64,000 nt of DNA from positions 97,092,001 through 97,156,000 of the forward strand of contig JANJGN010000016.1 of assembly GCA_026770705.1 (NCBI GenBank), in the 5' to 3' direction. The position numbers and the translations under genes are program-made. This stretch comes from Isurus oxyrinchus. Its lineage: Eukaryota. This document shows, piece after piece, positions 1 through 14,900 of the stretch (position 1 is the stretch's first letter; each line of letters opens with the position of its first letter). The notes under the pieces are model-generated. The model saw only the letters and a list, made by a program, of their open reading frames with translations, did no database searches and was not told the DNA's origin.

Positions 1-2493
1 TACAGAGTGGGTACACAGCGGTATAGAGTGGGCATATTGAGAGTACAGTACAAAGTGGGTACACAGAGTATATTAGTGGGTACACAGTACAGTAGAGTGG
101 GTACACAGGGTAAAGTACAGAGTGGGTACACAGCAGTACAGAGAGAGCATATTGTGAGAAAAGTACAAAGTGGGTACACAGAGAACAGTAGTTGTTACGC
201 AGAGTACAGTACAGAGTGGGTACACTGAGTACAGTACAGAGTGGATACACAGCAGTACAGAGTGGTCATATTGACAAAGTGGGTACACAGAGTATATTAG
301 TGGGTACACAGAGTACAGTAAAGAGTGGGTTCACAGAGTACAGTACAGATTGGGTATACAGAGTAAAGGACAGAGTGGGTACACAGATTTAAGCACAGCG
401 TGGGTACACAGAGCATAGTAGAGAGTTGGTATAAAGAGTATAGTACAGAGTGGGTACACAAAGTAAAGTACAGAGTGGGTATACTGAGAGTACATTAGAT
501 TGGGTACACTGAGAGTATGCAACAGAGTGGGTACACTGAGAGCATGTAACGGAGTGGGTACACAGAGAGAGCGGTGCACAGTGGATACACAGAGTACAGA
601 GTGGCTACACAGAATACAGTACAGAGTGGGTACACTGAATGCAATACAGAGTGGGTTCACAGCAGTGCAGTATAGAGTGGGTAAACTGAGAGTACTGTAG
701 ACTGGATACACTGAGAGAATGTAACAAAGTTGGTACACTGAGAGCATGTATCAGTGAGGGTACACAGAGAGTGCAGTGCAGACTGGATACACTGAGTACA
801 GAGTGGGTACACAGAATACAGTACAGAGTGGGTACACTGAGTACAATAAAGAGTGGGTACACAGCAGTACAGAGTGAGTATATTGAGAGCACAGTACAAA
901 CTGGGTACACAGAGAACAGTAGTGGTTACACATAGTACAGTACAGAGTGAGTACACAGGGCACAGTACAGAGTGGGTACACTGAGGAGACTAGTGGGTAC
1001 ACAAAGCACATTACAGAGTGGGTACACACAGTACAGCACAGAGTGTGTACACAGTACAGTACAGCGTAGGCACACTGACAGTGCAGTATATAGTGGGTAC
1101 AGAGTAAAGTACAGATTGGGTATACTGAGAGTACAGTAGATTGGGTACACTGAGCGTATGTAACAGAGTGGGTACACTGAGAGCATGTAACAGTGAGGGT
1201 ACACAGAGAGTGCAGTGCAGAGTGGATACACAGAGTACAGAGTGGGTACACAGAATGCAGTGCAGAGTGGATACACAGAGTACAGAGTGGGTACACAGAA
1301 TGCATTGCAGAGTGGGTACACAGAGTACAATACAGAGCGAGTTCACAGCAGTACAGTACAGAGTGGGTACACTGAGTACAGTACAGAGTGGGTACACCAT
1401 ACAGTACAGATTGGATGCACAGAGTACAGTACAAAGTGGGTACACAGACTACAGTACAGAGTGGGTGCACAGACTACAGGAGAGAGTGGGTACACTGCAG
1501 TACAGAGTGAGCATATTGAGAACACAGTACAAAGTGGGTACACAGAGAACAGTAGTGGTTACACATAGTACAGTACAGAGTGAGTACACAGGGTACAGTA
1601 CAGAGTGGGTACACTGAGTAGACTAGTGGGTACACAAAGTACATTACAGAGTAGGTACACAGAGTACTGCACAGAGGGTGTACACAGTACTGTACAGCGT
1701 AGGCACACTAACAGTACAGAATATAGTGGGTACATAGAGTAAAGGACAGAGTGGATACACAGAGTATAATACAGCGTGGGTACATAGAGGATAGTACAGG
1801 GTGGGTTCACTGAGACTATGTAAGAGAGTGGGTACACTGAGTACAGTACAGAGTGGGTACACAGTACAGTACAGAGTGGGTGCACTGAGTACAGTACAGA
1901 GTGTGTACACAGCAGTACAGAGTGGGCATATTGAGAGCACAGTACAAAGTAGGTACAAAGAGAACAGTAGAGTGGGTAATAGAGTATAGTAGTGGGTACA
2001 CAGAGTACAGTACAGAGTGGGTGCACAGAGTACAGTACAGAGGCGGTGCACAGAGTACCATACAGAGTGGGTACACAGAGTAAAGGACAGAGTGGGTACA
2101 CAGAGTAAAGGACAGAGTGGGTACACAGAATAAAGGACGGAGTGGGTACACAGAGCATAGTGGAGAGTTGGTATAAAGAGTACAGTAAGAGTAGGTATAC
2201 TGAGATTACAGTAGATTGGGTACACTGAGAGTATGTAACAGGGTGGGTATACTGAGAGCTAGTAACAGAGTGGCTACACTGAGAGCATGTAACAGAGTGG
2301 GTACACTGAGAGCATGTAACAGAGTGGGTACACAGAGAGTGCAGTGCAGAGTGGATACACAGGGTACAGAGTGGGTACACAGAATTCAGTACAGAGTGGG
2401 TGCACTGAGTACAGTACAGAGTGGGTACACAGCAGTACAGAGTGAGAATATTGAGAGTACAGTACAAAGTGGGTACACAGAGAACCATAATGG

Positions 2494-5400
2494 TTAGACA
2501 GAGTACAGTACAAAGTGAGTGCACAAGGTACAGTACAGAGTGGGTACACTGAGTAGACTAGTGGGTACACAAAGTACATTACAGAGTAGGTACACAGAGT
2601 ACAGCGCAGAATGTGTACACAGTACAGAACAGCGTAGGCACACTGACAGTACAGTATAGAGTGGATACACAGAGTATAATACAGTGTGGGTACACAGAGT
2701 ATAGCAGAGATTTGGTACACAGCTTATGGTACAGAGTGGGTTCACTGAGAGTATGTAAGACAGTGTGTACACTGAGTACAGTACAGAGTGGGTACACCAT
2801 ACAGTACTGATTGGATGCACAGAGTACAGTACAAAGTGGGTACACAGACTACAGTACAGAGTAGGTACACAGACTACAGTACGGAGTGGGTACACTGCAG
2901 TACAGAGTGAGCATATTGAGAATACAGTACAAAGTGGGTACACAGAGAACAGTAGTGGTTACACAGAGTACAGTAGAGTGGGTACACAGGGTACAGTAGA
3001 GAGTAGGTACACAGCAGTACAGAGTGGGCATATTGTGAGAACATACAAAGTGGGTTCACAGAGAACAGTAGTGGTTACACAGAGTACAGTACAGAGTGGG
3101 TACACTGAGTACAGTGCAGAGTGGGTACACAGTACAGTACAGAGTGGGTGCACTGAGTACAGTACAGAGTGGGTACACAGCAGTACAGAGTGGGCATATT
3201 GAGAGTACAGTACAAAGTGGGTACGCAGAGTATAGTAGTGGGTACACAGAGTACAGTACAGAGTGGGTTCACAGATTACAGTACAGAGTGGGTACATAGA
3301 GTAAAGGAAGCAGTGGGTATACAGAGTAAAGGACGGAGTGGGTTTAATGAGCATAGTAGAGAGTTGGTATAAAGGATATAGTACAGAGTGGGTACACAGA
3401 GTACAGCATAGAGTGTGTACACAGTACAGTACAGCGTAGGCACACTGACAGTACAGTATATAGTGGGTACTCAGAGTAAAGTACAGAGTGGGTTAACTGA
3501 GAGTACAGTAGATTGGGTACACTGAGAGTATGTAACAGAGTGGGTACACTGAGAGCATGTACCAGTGAGGATACACAGAGAGTGCAGTGCAGAGTGGATA
3601 CACAGAGTACAGAGTGGGTACACAGAATGCAGTACAGAGTGGATACACAGTGTACAGAGTGGGTGCACAGAATGCAGTACAGAGTGGGTACACTGAGTAC
3701 AATACAGAGTGGGTTCACAGCAGTACAGTACAGAGTGGGTACACAGCAGTACAGAGTGAGCATATTGAGAGTTCAGTACAAAGTGGGTACACAGAGAACA
3801 GTAGTGGTTACACATAGTACAGTACAGAGTGAGTACACAGGGTACAGTACAGTGTGGGTACACTGAGGAGACTAGTGGGTACACAAAGTACATTACAGAG
3901 TAGGTACACAGAGTACAGCGCAGAATGTGTACACAGTACAGAACAGCGTAGGCACACTGACAGTACAGTATAGAGTGGATACACAGAGTATAATACAGTG
4001 TGGGTACACAGAGTATAGCAGAGATTTGGTACACAGCTTATGGTACAGAGTGGGTTCACTGAGAGTATGTAAGACAGTGTGTACACTGAGTACAGTACAG
4101 AGTGGGTACACCATACAGTACTGATTGGATGCACAGAGTACAGTACAAAGTGGGTACACAGACTACAGTACAGAGTAGGTACACAGACTACAGTACGGAG
4201 TGGGTACACTGCAGTACAGAGTGAGCATATTGAGAATACAGTACAAAGTGGGTACACAGAGAACAGTAGTGGTTACACAGAGTACAGTAGAGTGGGTACA
4301 CAGGGTACAGTAGAGAGTAGGTACACAGCAGTACAGAGTGGGCATATTGTGAGAACATACAAAGTGGGTTCACAGAGAACAGTAGTGGTTACACAGAGTA
4401 CAGTACAGAGTGGGTACACTGAGTACAGTGCAGAGTGGGTACACAGTACAGTACAGAGTGGGTGCACTGAGTACAGTACAGAGTGGGTACACAGCAGTAC
4501 AGAGTGGGCATATTGAGAGTACAGTACAAAGTGGGTACGCAGAGTATAGTAGTGGGTACACAGAGTACAGTACAGAGTGGGTTCACAGATTACAGTACAG
4601 AGTGGGTACATAGAGTAAAGGAAGCAGTGGGTATACAGAGTAAAGGACGGAGTGGGTTTAATGAGCATAGTAGAGAGTTGGTATAAAGGATATAGTACAG
4701 AGTGGGTACACAGAGTACAGCATAGAGTGTGTACACAGTACAGTACAGCGTAGGCACACTGACAGTACAGTATATAGTGGGTACTCAGAGTAAAGTACAG
4801 AGTGGGTTAACTGAGAGTACAGTAGATTGGGTACACTGAGAGTATGTAACAGAGTGGGTACACTGAGAGCATGTACCAGTGAGGATACACAGAGAGTGCA
4901 GTGCAGAGTGGATACACAGAGTACAGAGTGGGTACACAGAATGCAGTACAGAGTGGATACACAGTGTACAGAGTGGGTGCACAGAATGCAGTACAGAGTG
5001 GGTACACTGAGTACAATACAGAGTGGGTTCACAGCAGTACAGTACAGAGTGGGTACACAGCAGTACAGAGTGAGCATATTGAGAGTTCAGTACAAAGTGG
5101 GTACACAGAGAACAGTAGTGGTTACACATAGTACAGTACAGAGTGAGTACACAGGGTACAGTACAGTGTGGGTACACTGAGGAGACTAGTGGGTACACAA
5201 AGTACATTACAGAGTAGGTACACAGAGTACAGCGCAGAATGTGTACACAGTACAGAACAGCGTAGGCACACTGACAGTACAGTATAGAGTGGATACACAG
5301 AGTATAATACAGTGTGGGTACACAGAGTATAGCAGAGATTTGGTACACAGCTTATGGTACAGAGTGGGTTCACTGAGAGTATGTAAGACAGTGTGTACAC

Positions 5401-6500
5401 TGAGTACAGTACAGAGTGGGTACACCATACAGTACTGATTGGATGCACAGAGTACAGTACAAAGTGGGTACACAGACTACAGTACAGAGTAGGTACACAG
5501 ACTACAGTACGGAGTGGGTACACTGCAGTACAGAGTGAGCATATTGAGAATACAGTACAAAGTGGGTACACAGAGAACAGTAGTGGTTACACAGAGTACA
5601 GTAGAGTGGGTACACAGGGTACAGTAGAGAGTAGGTACACAGCAGTACAGAGTGGGCATATTGTGAGAACATACAAAGTGGGTTCACAGAGAACAGTAGT
5701 GGTTACACAGAGTACAGTACAGAGTGGGTACACTGAGTACAGTGCAGAGTGGGTACACAGTACAGTACAGAGTGGGTGCACTGAGTACAGTACAGAGTGG
5801 GTACACAGCAGTACAGAGTGGGCATATTGAGAGTACAGTACAAAGTGGGTACGCAGAGTATAGTAGTGGGTACACAGAGTACAGTACAGAGTGGGTTCAC
5901 AGATTACAGTACAGAGTGGGTACATAGAGTAAAGGAAGCAGTGGGTATACAGAGTAAAGGACGGAGTGGGTTTAATGAGCATAGTAGAGAGTTGGTATAA
6001 AGGATATAGTACAGAGTGGGTACACAGAGTACAGCATAGAGTGTGTACACAGTACAGTACAGCGTAGGCACACTGACAGTACAGTATATAGTGGGTACAC
6101 AGAGTAAAGTACAGAGTGGGTTAACTGAGAGTACAGTAGATTGGGTACACTGAGAGTATGTAACAGAGTGGGTACACTGAGAGCATGTACCAGTGAGGAT
6201 ACACAGAGAGTGCAGTGCAGAGTGGATACACAGAGTACAGAGTGGGTACACAGAATGCAGTACAGAGTGGATACACAGTGTACAGAGTGGGTGCACAGAA
6301 TGCAGTACAGAGTGGGTACACTGAGTACAATACAGAGTGGGTTCACAGCAGTACAGTACAGAGTGGGTACACAGCAGTACAGAGTGAGCATATTGAGAGT
6401 TCAGTACAAAGTGGGTACACAGAGAACAGTAGTGGTTACACATAGTACAGTACAGAGTGAGTACACAGGGTACAGTACAGTGTGGGTACACTGAGGAGAC
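2494..6500. repeat. 1314-bp higher-order repeat, ~3 near-identical tandem copies
   Basis: Identical translated ORFs recur at an exact 1314-bp spacing (2765/4079/5393; 3513/4827/6141; 2613/3927/5241). Confidence 0.93.
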
Positions 6501-9500
6501 TAGTGGGTACACAAAGTACATTGCAGAGTGGGTACACAGAGTACAGCACAGAGTGTGTACACAGTACAGTACAGCGTAGGCACACTGACAGTACAGTATA
6601 TAGTGGGTACATAGATTAAAGGACAGAGTGGATACACAGAGTAAAATACAGCATGGGTACACAGAGTATAGTACAGAGTGGGTTCACAGAGTACAGTACA
6701 GATTGGGTATACAGAGTAAAGGACAGAGTGGGTACACAGATTTAAGCACAGCGTGGGTACACAGAGCATAGTAGAGAGTTGGTATAAAGAGTATAGTACA
6801 GAGTGGGTACACAAAGTAAAGTACAGAGTGGGTATACTGAGAGTACATTAGATTGGGTACACTGAGAGTATGCAACAGAGTGGGTACACTGAGAGCATGT
6901 AACGGAGTGGGTACACAGAGAGAGCGGTGCACAGTGGATACACAGAGTACAGAGTGGCTACACAGAATACAGTACAGAGTGGGTACACTGAATGCAATAC
7001 AGAGTGGGTTCACAGCAGTGCAGTATAGAGTGGGTAAACTGAGAGTACTGTAGACTGGATACACTGAGAGAATGTAACAAAGTTGGTACACTGAGAGCAT
7101 GTATCAGTGAGGGTACACAGAGAGTGCAGTGCAGACTGGATACACTGAGTACAGAGTGGGTACACAGAATACAGTACAGAGTGGGTACACTGAGTACAAT
7201 AAAGAGTGGGTACACAGCAGTACAGAGTGAGTATATTGAGAGCACAGTACAAACTGGGTACACAGAGAACAGTAGTGGTTACACATAGTACAGTACAGAG
7301 TGAGTACACAGGGCACAGTACAGAGTGGGTACACTGAGGAGACTAGTGGGTACACAAAGCACATTACAGAGTGGGTACACACAGTACAGCACAGAGTGTG
7401 TACACAGTACAGTACAGCGTAGGCACACTGACAGTGCAGTATATAGTGGGTACAGAGTAAAGTACAGATTGGGTATACTGAGAGTACAGTAGATTGGGTA
7501 CACTGAGCGTATGTAACAGAGTGGGTACACTGAGAGCATGTAACAGTGAGGGTACACAGAGAGTGCAGTGCAGAGTGGATACACAGAGTACAGAGTGGGT
7601 ACACAGAATGCAGTGCAGAGTGGATACACAGAGTACAGAGTGGGTACACAGAATGCATTGCAGAGTGGGTACACAGAGTACAATACAGAGTGAGTTCACA
7701 GCAGTACAGTACAGAGTGGGTACACTGAGTACAGTACAGAGTGGGTACACCATACAGTACAGATTGGATGCACAGAGTACAGTACAAAGTGGGTACACAG
7801 ACTACAGTACAGAGTGGGTGCACAGACTACAGGAGAGAGTGGGTACACTGCAGTACAGAGTGAGCATATTGAGAACACAGTACAAAGTGGGTACACAGAG
7901 AACAGTAGTGGTTACACATAGTACAGTACAGAGTGAGTACACAGGCTACAGTACAGAGTGGGTACACTGAGTAGACTAGTGGGTACACAAAGTACATTAC
8001 AGAGTAGGTACACAGAGTACTGCACAGAGGGTGTACACAGTACTGTACAGCGTAGGCACACTGACAGTACAGTATATAGTGGGTACATAGAGTAAAGGAC
8101 AGAGTGGATACACAGAGTATAATACAGCGTGGGTACATAGAGGATAGTACAGGGTGGGTTCACTGAGACTATGTAAGAGAGTGGGTACACTGAGTACAGT
8201 ACAGAGTGGGTACACAGTACAGTACAGAGTGGGTGCACTGAGTACAGTACAGAGTGTGTACACAGCAGTACAGAGTGGGCATAGTGAGAGTACAGTACAA
8301 AGTAGGTACAAAGAGAACAGTAGAGTGGGTAATAGAGTATAGTAGTGGGTACACAGAGTACAGTACAGAGTCGGTGCACAGAGTACCATACAGAGTGGGT
8401 ACACAGAGTAAAGGACAGAGTGGGTACACAGAGTAAAGGACAGAGTGGGTACACAGAGTAAAGGACAGAGTGGGTACACAGAATAAAGGACGGAGTGGGT
8501 ACACAGAGCATAGTGGAGAGTTGGTATAAAGAGTACAGTACAGAGTAGGTATACTGAGATTACAGTAGATTGGGTACACTGAGAGTATGTAACAGGGTGG
8601 GTATACTGAGAGCTAGTAACAGAGTGGCTACACTGAGAGTATGTAACAGAGTGGGTACACTGAGAGCATGTAACAGAGTGGGTACACAGAGAGTGCAGTG
8701 CAGAGTGGATACACAGAGTACAGAGTGGGTACACAGAATTCAGTACAGAGTGGGTGCACTGAGTACAGTACAGAGTGGGTACACAGCAGTACAGAGTGAG
8801 AATATTGAGAGTACAGTACAAAGTGGGTACACAGAGAACCATAATGGTTAGACAGAGTACAGTACAAAGTGAGTGCACAGGGTACAGTACAGAGTGGGTA
8901 CACTGAGTAGACTAGTGGGTACACAAAGTACATGACAGAGTAGGTACACAGAGTACAGCACAGAGTGTGTACACAGTACAGAACAGCGTAGGCACACTGA
9001 CAGTACAGTATAGAGTGGATACACAGAGTATAATACAGTGTGGGTACACAGAGTATAGCAGAGATTTGGTACACAGCTTATGGTACAGAGTGGGTTCACT
9101 GAGAGTATGTAAGACAGTGTGTACACTGAGTACAGTACAGAGTGGGTACACCATACAGTACTGATTGGATGCACAGAGTACAGTACAAAGTGGGTACACA
9201 GACTACAGTACAGAGTAGGTACACAGACTACAGTACAGAGTGGGTACACTGCAGTACAGAGTGAGCATATTGAGAATACAGTACAAAGTGGGTACACAGA
9301 GAACAGTAGTGGTTACACAGAGAACAGTAGAGTGGGTACACAGGGTACAGTAGAGAGTGGGTACACAGCAGTACAGAGTGGGCATATTGTGAGAACATAC
9401 AAAGTGGGTTCACAGAGAACAGTAGTGGTTACACAGAGTACAGTACAGAGTGGGTACACAGTACAGTACAGAGTGGGTGCACTGAGTACAGTACAGAGTG

Positions 9501-12500
9501 GGTACACAGCAGTACAGAGTGGGCATATTGAGAGTACAGTACAAAGTGGGTACGCAGAGTATAGTAGTGGGTACACAGAGTACAGTACAGAGTGGGTTCA
9601 CAGATTACAGTACAGAGTGGGTACATAGAGTAAAGGAAGCAGTGGGTATACAGAGTAAAGGACGGAGTGGGTTTAATGAGCATAGTAGAGAGTTGGTATA
9701 AAGGATATAGTACAGAGTGGGTACACAGAGTACAGCATAGAGTGTGTACACAGTACAGTACAGCGTAGGCACACTGACAGTACAGTATATAGTGGGTACT
9801 CAGAGTAAAGTACAGAGTGGGTTAACTGAGAGTACAGTAGATTGGGTACACTGAGAGTATGTAACAGAGTGGGTACACTGAGAGCATGTACCAGTGAGGA
9901 TACACAGAGAGTGCAGTGCAGAGTGGATACACAGAGTACAGAGTGGGTACACAGAATGCAGTACAGAGTGGATACACAGTGTACAGAGTGGGTGCACAGA
10001 ATGCAGTACAGAGTGGGTACACTGAGTACAATACAGAGTGGGTTCACAGCAGTACAGTACAGAGTGGGTACACAGCAGTACAGAGTGAGCATATTGAGAG
10101 TTCAGTACAAAGTGGGTACACAGAGAACAGTAGTGGTTACACATAGTACAGTACAGAGTGAGTACACAGGGTACAGTACAGTGTGGGTACACTGAGGAGA
10201 CTAGTGGGTACACAAAGTACATTACAGAGTAGGTACACAGAGTACAGCGCAGAATGTGTACACAGTACAGAACAGCGTAGGCACACTGACAGTACAGTAT
10301 AGAGTGGATACACAGAGTATAATACAGTGTGGGTACACAGAGTATAGCAGAGATTTGGTACACAGCTTATGGTACAGAGTGGGTTCACTGAGAGTATGTA
10401 AGACAGTGTGTACACTGAGTACAGTACAGAGTGGGTACACCATACAGTACTGATTGGATGCACAGAGTACAGTACAAAGTGGGTACACAGACTACAGTAC
10501 AGAGTAGGTACACAGACTACAGTACGGAGTGGGTACACTGCAGTACAGAGTGAGCATATTGAGAATACAGTACAAAGTGGGTACACAGAGAACAGTAGTG
10601 GTTACACAGAGTACAGTAGAGTGGGTACACAGGGTACAGTAGAGAGTAGGTACACAGCAGTACAGAGTGGGCATATTGTGAGAACATACAAAGTGGGTTC
10701 ACAGAGAACAGTAGTGGTTACACAGAGTACAGTACAGAGTGGGTACACTGAGTACAGTGCAGAGTGGGTACACAGTACAGTACAGAGTGGGTGCACTGAG
10801 TACAGTACAGAGTGGGTACACAGCAGTACAGAGTGGGCATATTGAGAGTACAGTACAAAGTGGGTACGCAGAGTATAGTAGTGGGTACACAGAGTACAGT
10901 ACAGAGTGGGTTCACAGATTACAGTACAGAGTGGGTACATAGAGTAAAGGAAGCAGTGGGTATACAGAGTAAAGGACGGAGTGGGTTTAATGAGCATAGT
11001 AGAGAGTTGGTATAAAGGATATAGTACAGAGTGGGTACACAGAGTACAGCATAGAGTGTGTACACAGTACAGTACAGCGTAGGCACACTGACAGTACAGT
11101 ATATAGTGGGTACACAGAGTAAAGTACAGAGTGGGTTAACTGAGAGTACAGTAGATTGGGTACACTGAGAGTATGTAACAGAGTGGGTACACTGAGAGCA
11201 TGTACCAGTGAGGATACACAGAGAGTGCAGTGCAGAGTGGATACACAGAGTACAGAGTGGGTACACAGAATGCAGTACAGAGTGGATACACAGTGTACAG
11301 AGTGGGTGCACAGAATGCAGTACAGAGTGGGTACACTGAGTACAATACAGAGTGGGTTCACAGCAGTACAGTACAGAGTGGGTACACAGCAGTACAGAGT
11401 GAGCATATTGAGAGTTCAGTACAAAGTGGGTACACAGAGAACAGTAGTGGTTACACATAGTACAGTACAGAGTGAGTACACAGGGTACAGTACAGTGTGG
11501 GTACACTGAGGAGACTAGTGGGTACACAAAGTACATTGCAGAGTGGGTACACAGAGTACAGCACAGAGTGTGTACACAGTACAGTACAGCGTAGGCACAC
11601 TGACAGTACAGTATATAGTGGGTACATAGATTAAAGGACAGAGTGGATACACAGAGTAAAATACAGCATGGGTACACAGAGTATAGTACAGAGTGGGTTC
11701 ACAGAGTACAGTACAGATTGGGTATACAGAGTAAAGGACAGAGTGGGTACACAGATTTAAGCACAGCGTGGGTACACAGAGCATAGTAGAGAGTTGGTAT
11801 AAAGAGTATAGTACAGAGTGGGTACACAAAGTAAAGTACAGAGTGGGTATACTGAGAGTACATTAGATTGGGTACACTGAGAGTATGCAACAGAGTGGGT
11901 ACACTGAGAGCATGTAACGGAGTGGGTACACAGAGAGAGCGGTGCACAGTGGATACACAGAGTACAGAGTGGCTACACAGAATACAGTACAGAGTGGGTA
12001 CACTGAATGCAATACAGAGTGGGTTCACAGCAGTGCAGTATAGAGTGGGTAAACTGAGAGTACTGTAGACTGGATACACTGAGAGAATGTAACAAAGTTG
12101 GTACACTGAGAGCATGTATCAGTGAGGGTACACAGAGAGTGCAGTGCAGACTGGATACACTGAGTACAGAGTGGGTACACAGAATACAGTACAGAGTGGG
12201 TACACTGAGTACAATAAAGAGTGGGTACACAGCAGTACAGAGTGAGTATATTGAGAGCACAGTACAAACTGGGTACACAGAGAACAGTAGTGGTTACACA
12301 TAGTACAGTACAGAGTGAGTACACAGGGCACAGTACAGAGTGGGTACACTGAGGAGACTAGTGGGTACACAAAGCACATTACAGAGTGGGTACACACAGT
12401 ACAGCACAGAGTGTGTACACAGTACAGTACAGCGTAGGCACACTGACAGTGCAGTATATAGTGGGTACAGAGTAAAGTACAGATTGGGTATACTGAGAGT

Positions 12501-14900
12501 ACAGTAGATTGGGTACACTGAGCGTATGTAACAGAGTGGGTACACTGAGAGCATGTAACAGTGAGGGTACACAGAGAGTGCAGTGCAGAGTGGATACACA
12601 GAGTACAGAGTGGGTACACAGAATGCAGTGCAGAGTGGATACACAGAGTACAGAGTGGGTACACAGAATGCATTGCAGAGTGGGTACACAGAGTACAATA
12701 CAGAGTGAGTTCACAGCAGTACAGTACAGAGTGGGTACACTGAGTACAGTACAGAGTGGGTACACCATACAGTACAGATTGGATGCACAGAGTACAGTAC
12801 AAAGTGGGTACACAGACTACAGTACAGAGTGGGTGCACAGACTACAGGAGAGAGTGGGTACACTGCAGTACAGAGTGAGCATATTGAGAACACAGTACAA
12901 AGTGGGTACACAGAGAACAGTAGTGGTTACACATAGTACAGTACAGAGTGAGTACACAGGCTACAGTACAGAGTGGGTACACTGAGTAGACTAGTGGGTA
13001 CACAAAGTACATTACAGAGTAGGTACACAGAGTACTGCACAGAGGGTGTACACAGTACTGTACAGCGTAGGCACACTGACAGTACAGTATATAGTGGGTA
13101 CATAGAGTAAAGGACAGAGTGGATACACAGAGTATAATACAGCGTGGGTACATAGAGGATAGTACAGGGTGGGTTCACTGAGACTATGTAAGAGAGTGGG
13201 TACACTGAGTACAGTACAGAGTGGGTACACAGTACAGTACAGAGTGGGTGCACTGAGTACAGTACAGAGTGTGTACACAGCAGTACAGAGTGGGCATAGT
13301 GAGAGTACAGTACAAAGTAGGTACAAAGAGAACAGTAGAGTGGGTAATAGAGTATAGTAGTGGGTACACAGAGTACAGTACAGAGTCGGTGCACAGAGTA
13401 CCATACAGAGTGGGTACACAGAGTAAAGGACAGAGTGGGTACACAGAGTAAAGGACAGAGTGGGTACACAGAGTAAAGGACAGAGTGGGTACACAGAATA
13501 AAGGACGGAGTGGGTACACAGAGCATAGTGGAGAGTTGGTATAAAGAGTACAGTACAGAGTAGGTATACTGAGATTACAGTAGATTGGGTACACTGAGAG
13601 TATGTAACAGGGTGGGTATACTGAGAGCTAGTAACAGAGTGGCTACACTGAGAGTATGTAACAGAGTGGGTACACTGAGAGCATGTAACAGAGTGGGTAC
13701 ACAGAGAGTGCAGTGCAGAGTGGATACACAGAGTACAGAGTGGGTACACAGAATTCAGTACAGAGTGGGTGCACTGAGTACAGTACAGAGTGGGTACACA
13801 GCAGTACAGAGTGAGAATATTGAGAGTACAGTACAAAGTGGGTACACAGAGAACCATAATGGTTAGACAGAGTACAGTACAAAGTGAGTGCACAGGGTAC
13901 AGTACAGAGTGGGTACACTGAGTAGACTAGTGGGTACACAAAGTACATGACAGAGTAGGTACACAGAGTACAGCACAGAGTGTGTACACAGTACAGAACA
14001 GCGTAGGCACACTGACAGTACAGTATAGAGTGGATACACAGAGTATAATACAGTGTGGGTACACAGAGTATAGCAGAGATTTGGTACACAGCTTATGGTA
14101 CAGAGTGGGTTCACTGAGAGTATGTAAGACAGTGTGTACACTGAGTACAGTACAGAGTGGGTACACCATACAGTACTGATTGGATGCACAGAGTACAGTA
14201 CAAAGTGGGTACACAGACTACAGTACAGAGTAGGTACACAGACTACAGTACAGAGTGGGTACACTGCAGTACAGAGTGAGCATATTGAGAATACAGTACA
14301 AAGTGGGTACACAGAGAACAGTAGTGGTTACACAGAGAACAGTAGAGTGGGTACACAGGGTACAGTAGAGAGTGGGTACACAGCAGTACAGAGTGGGCAT
14401 ATTGTGAGAACATACAAAGTGGGTTCACAGAGAACAGTAGTGGTTACACAGAGTACAGTACAGAGTGGGTACACAGTACAGTACAGAGTGGGTGCACTGA
14501 GTACAGTACAGAGTGGGTACACAGCAGTACAGATTGGGCATATTGAGAGTACAGTACAAAGTGGGTACGCAGAGTATAGTAGTGGGTACACAGTGTACAG
14601 TACAGAGTGGGTTCACAGATTACAGTACAGAGTGGGTACATAGAGTAAAGGAAGGAGTGGGTATACAGAGTAAAGGACGGAGTGGGTTTACTGAGCATAG
14701 TAGAGAGTTGGTATAAAGGATATAGTACAGAGTGGGTACACAGAGTACAGCACTGAGTGTGTACACAGTACAGTACAGCGTAGGCACACTGACAGTACAG
14801 TATATAGTGGGTACACAGAGTAAAGTACAGAGTGGGTTAACTGAGAGTACAGTAGATTGGGTACACTGAGAGTATGTAACAGAGTGGGTACACTGAGAGC
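4420..14900. repeat. 5015-bp higher-order repeat, ~2 copies
   Basis: Identical or near-identical ORFs at an exact 5015-bp spacing (4483/9498/14513; 6684/11699; 7997/13012; 8848/13863). Confidence 0.92.
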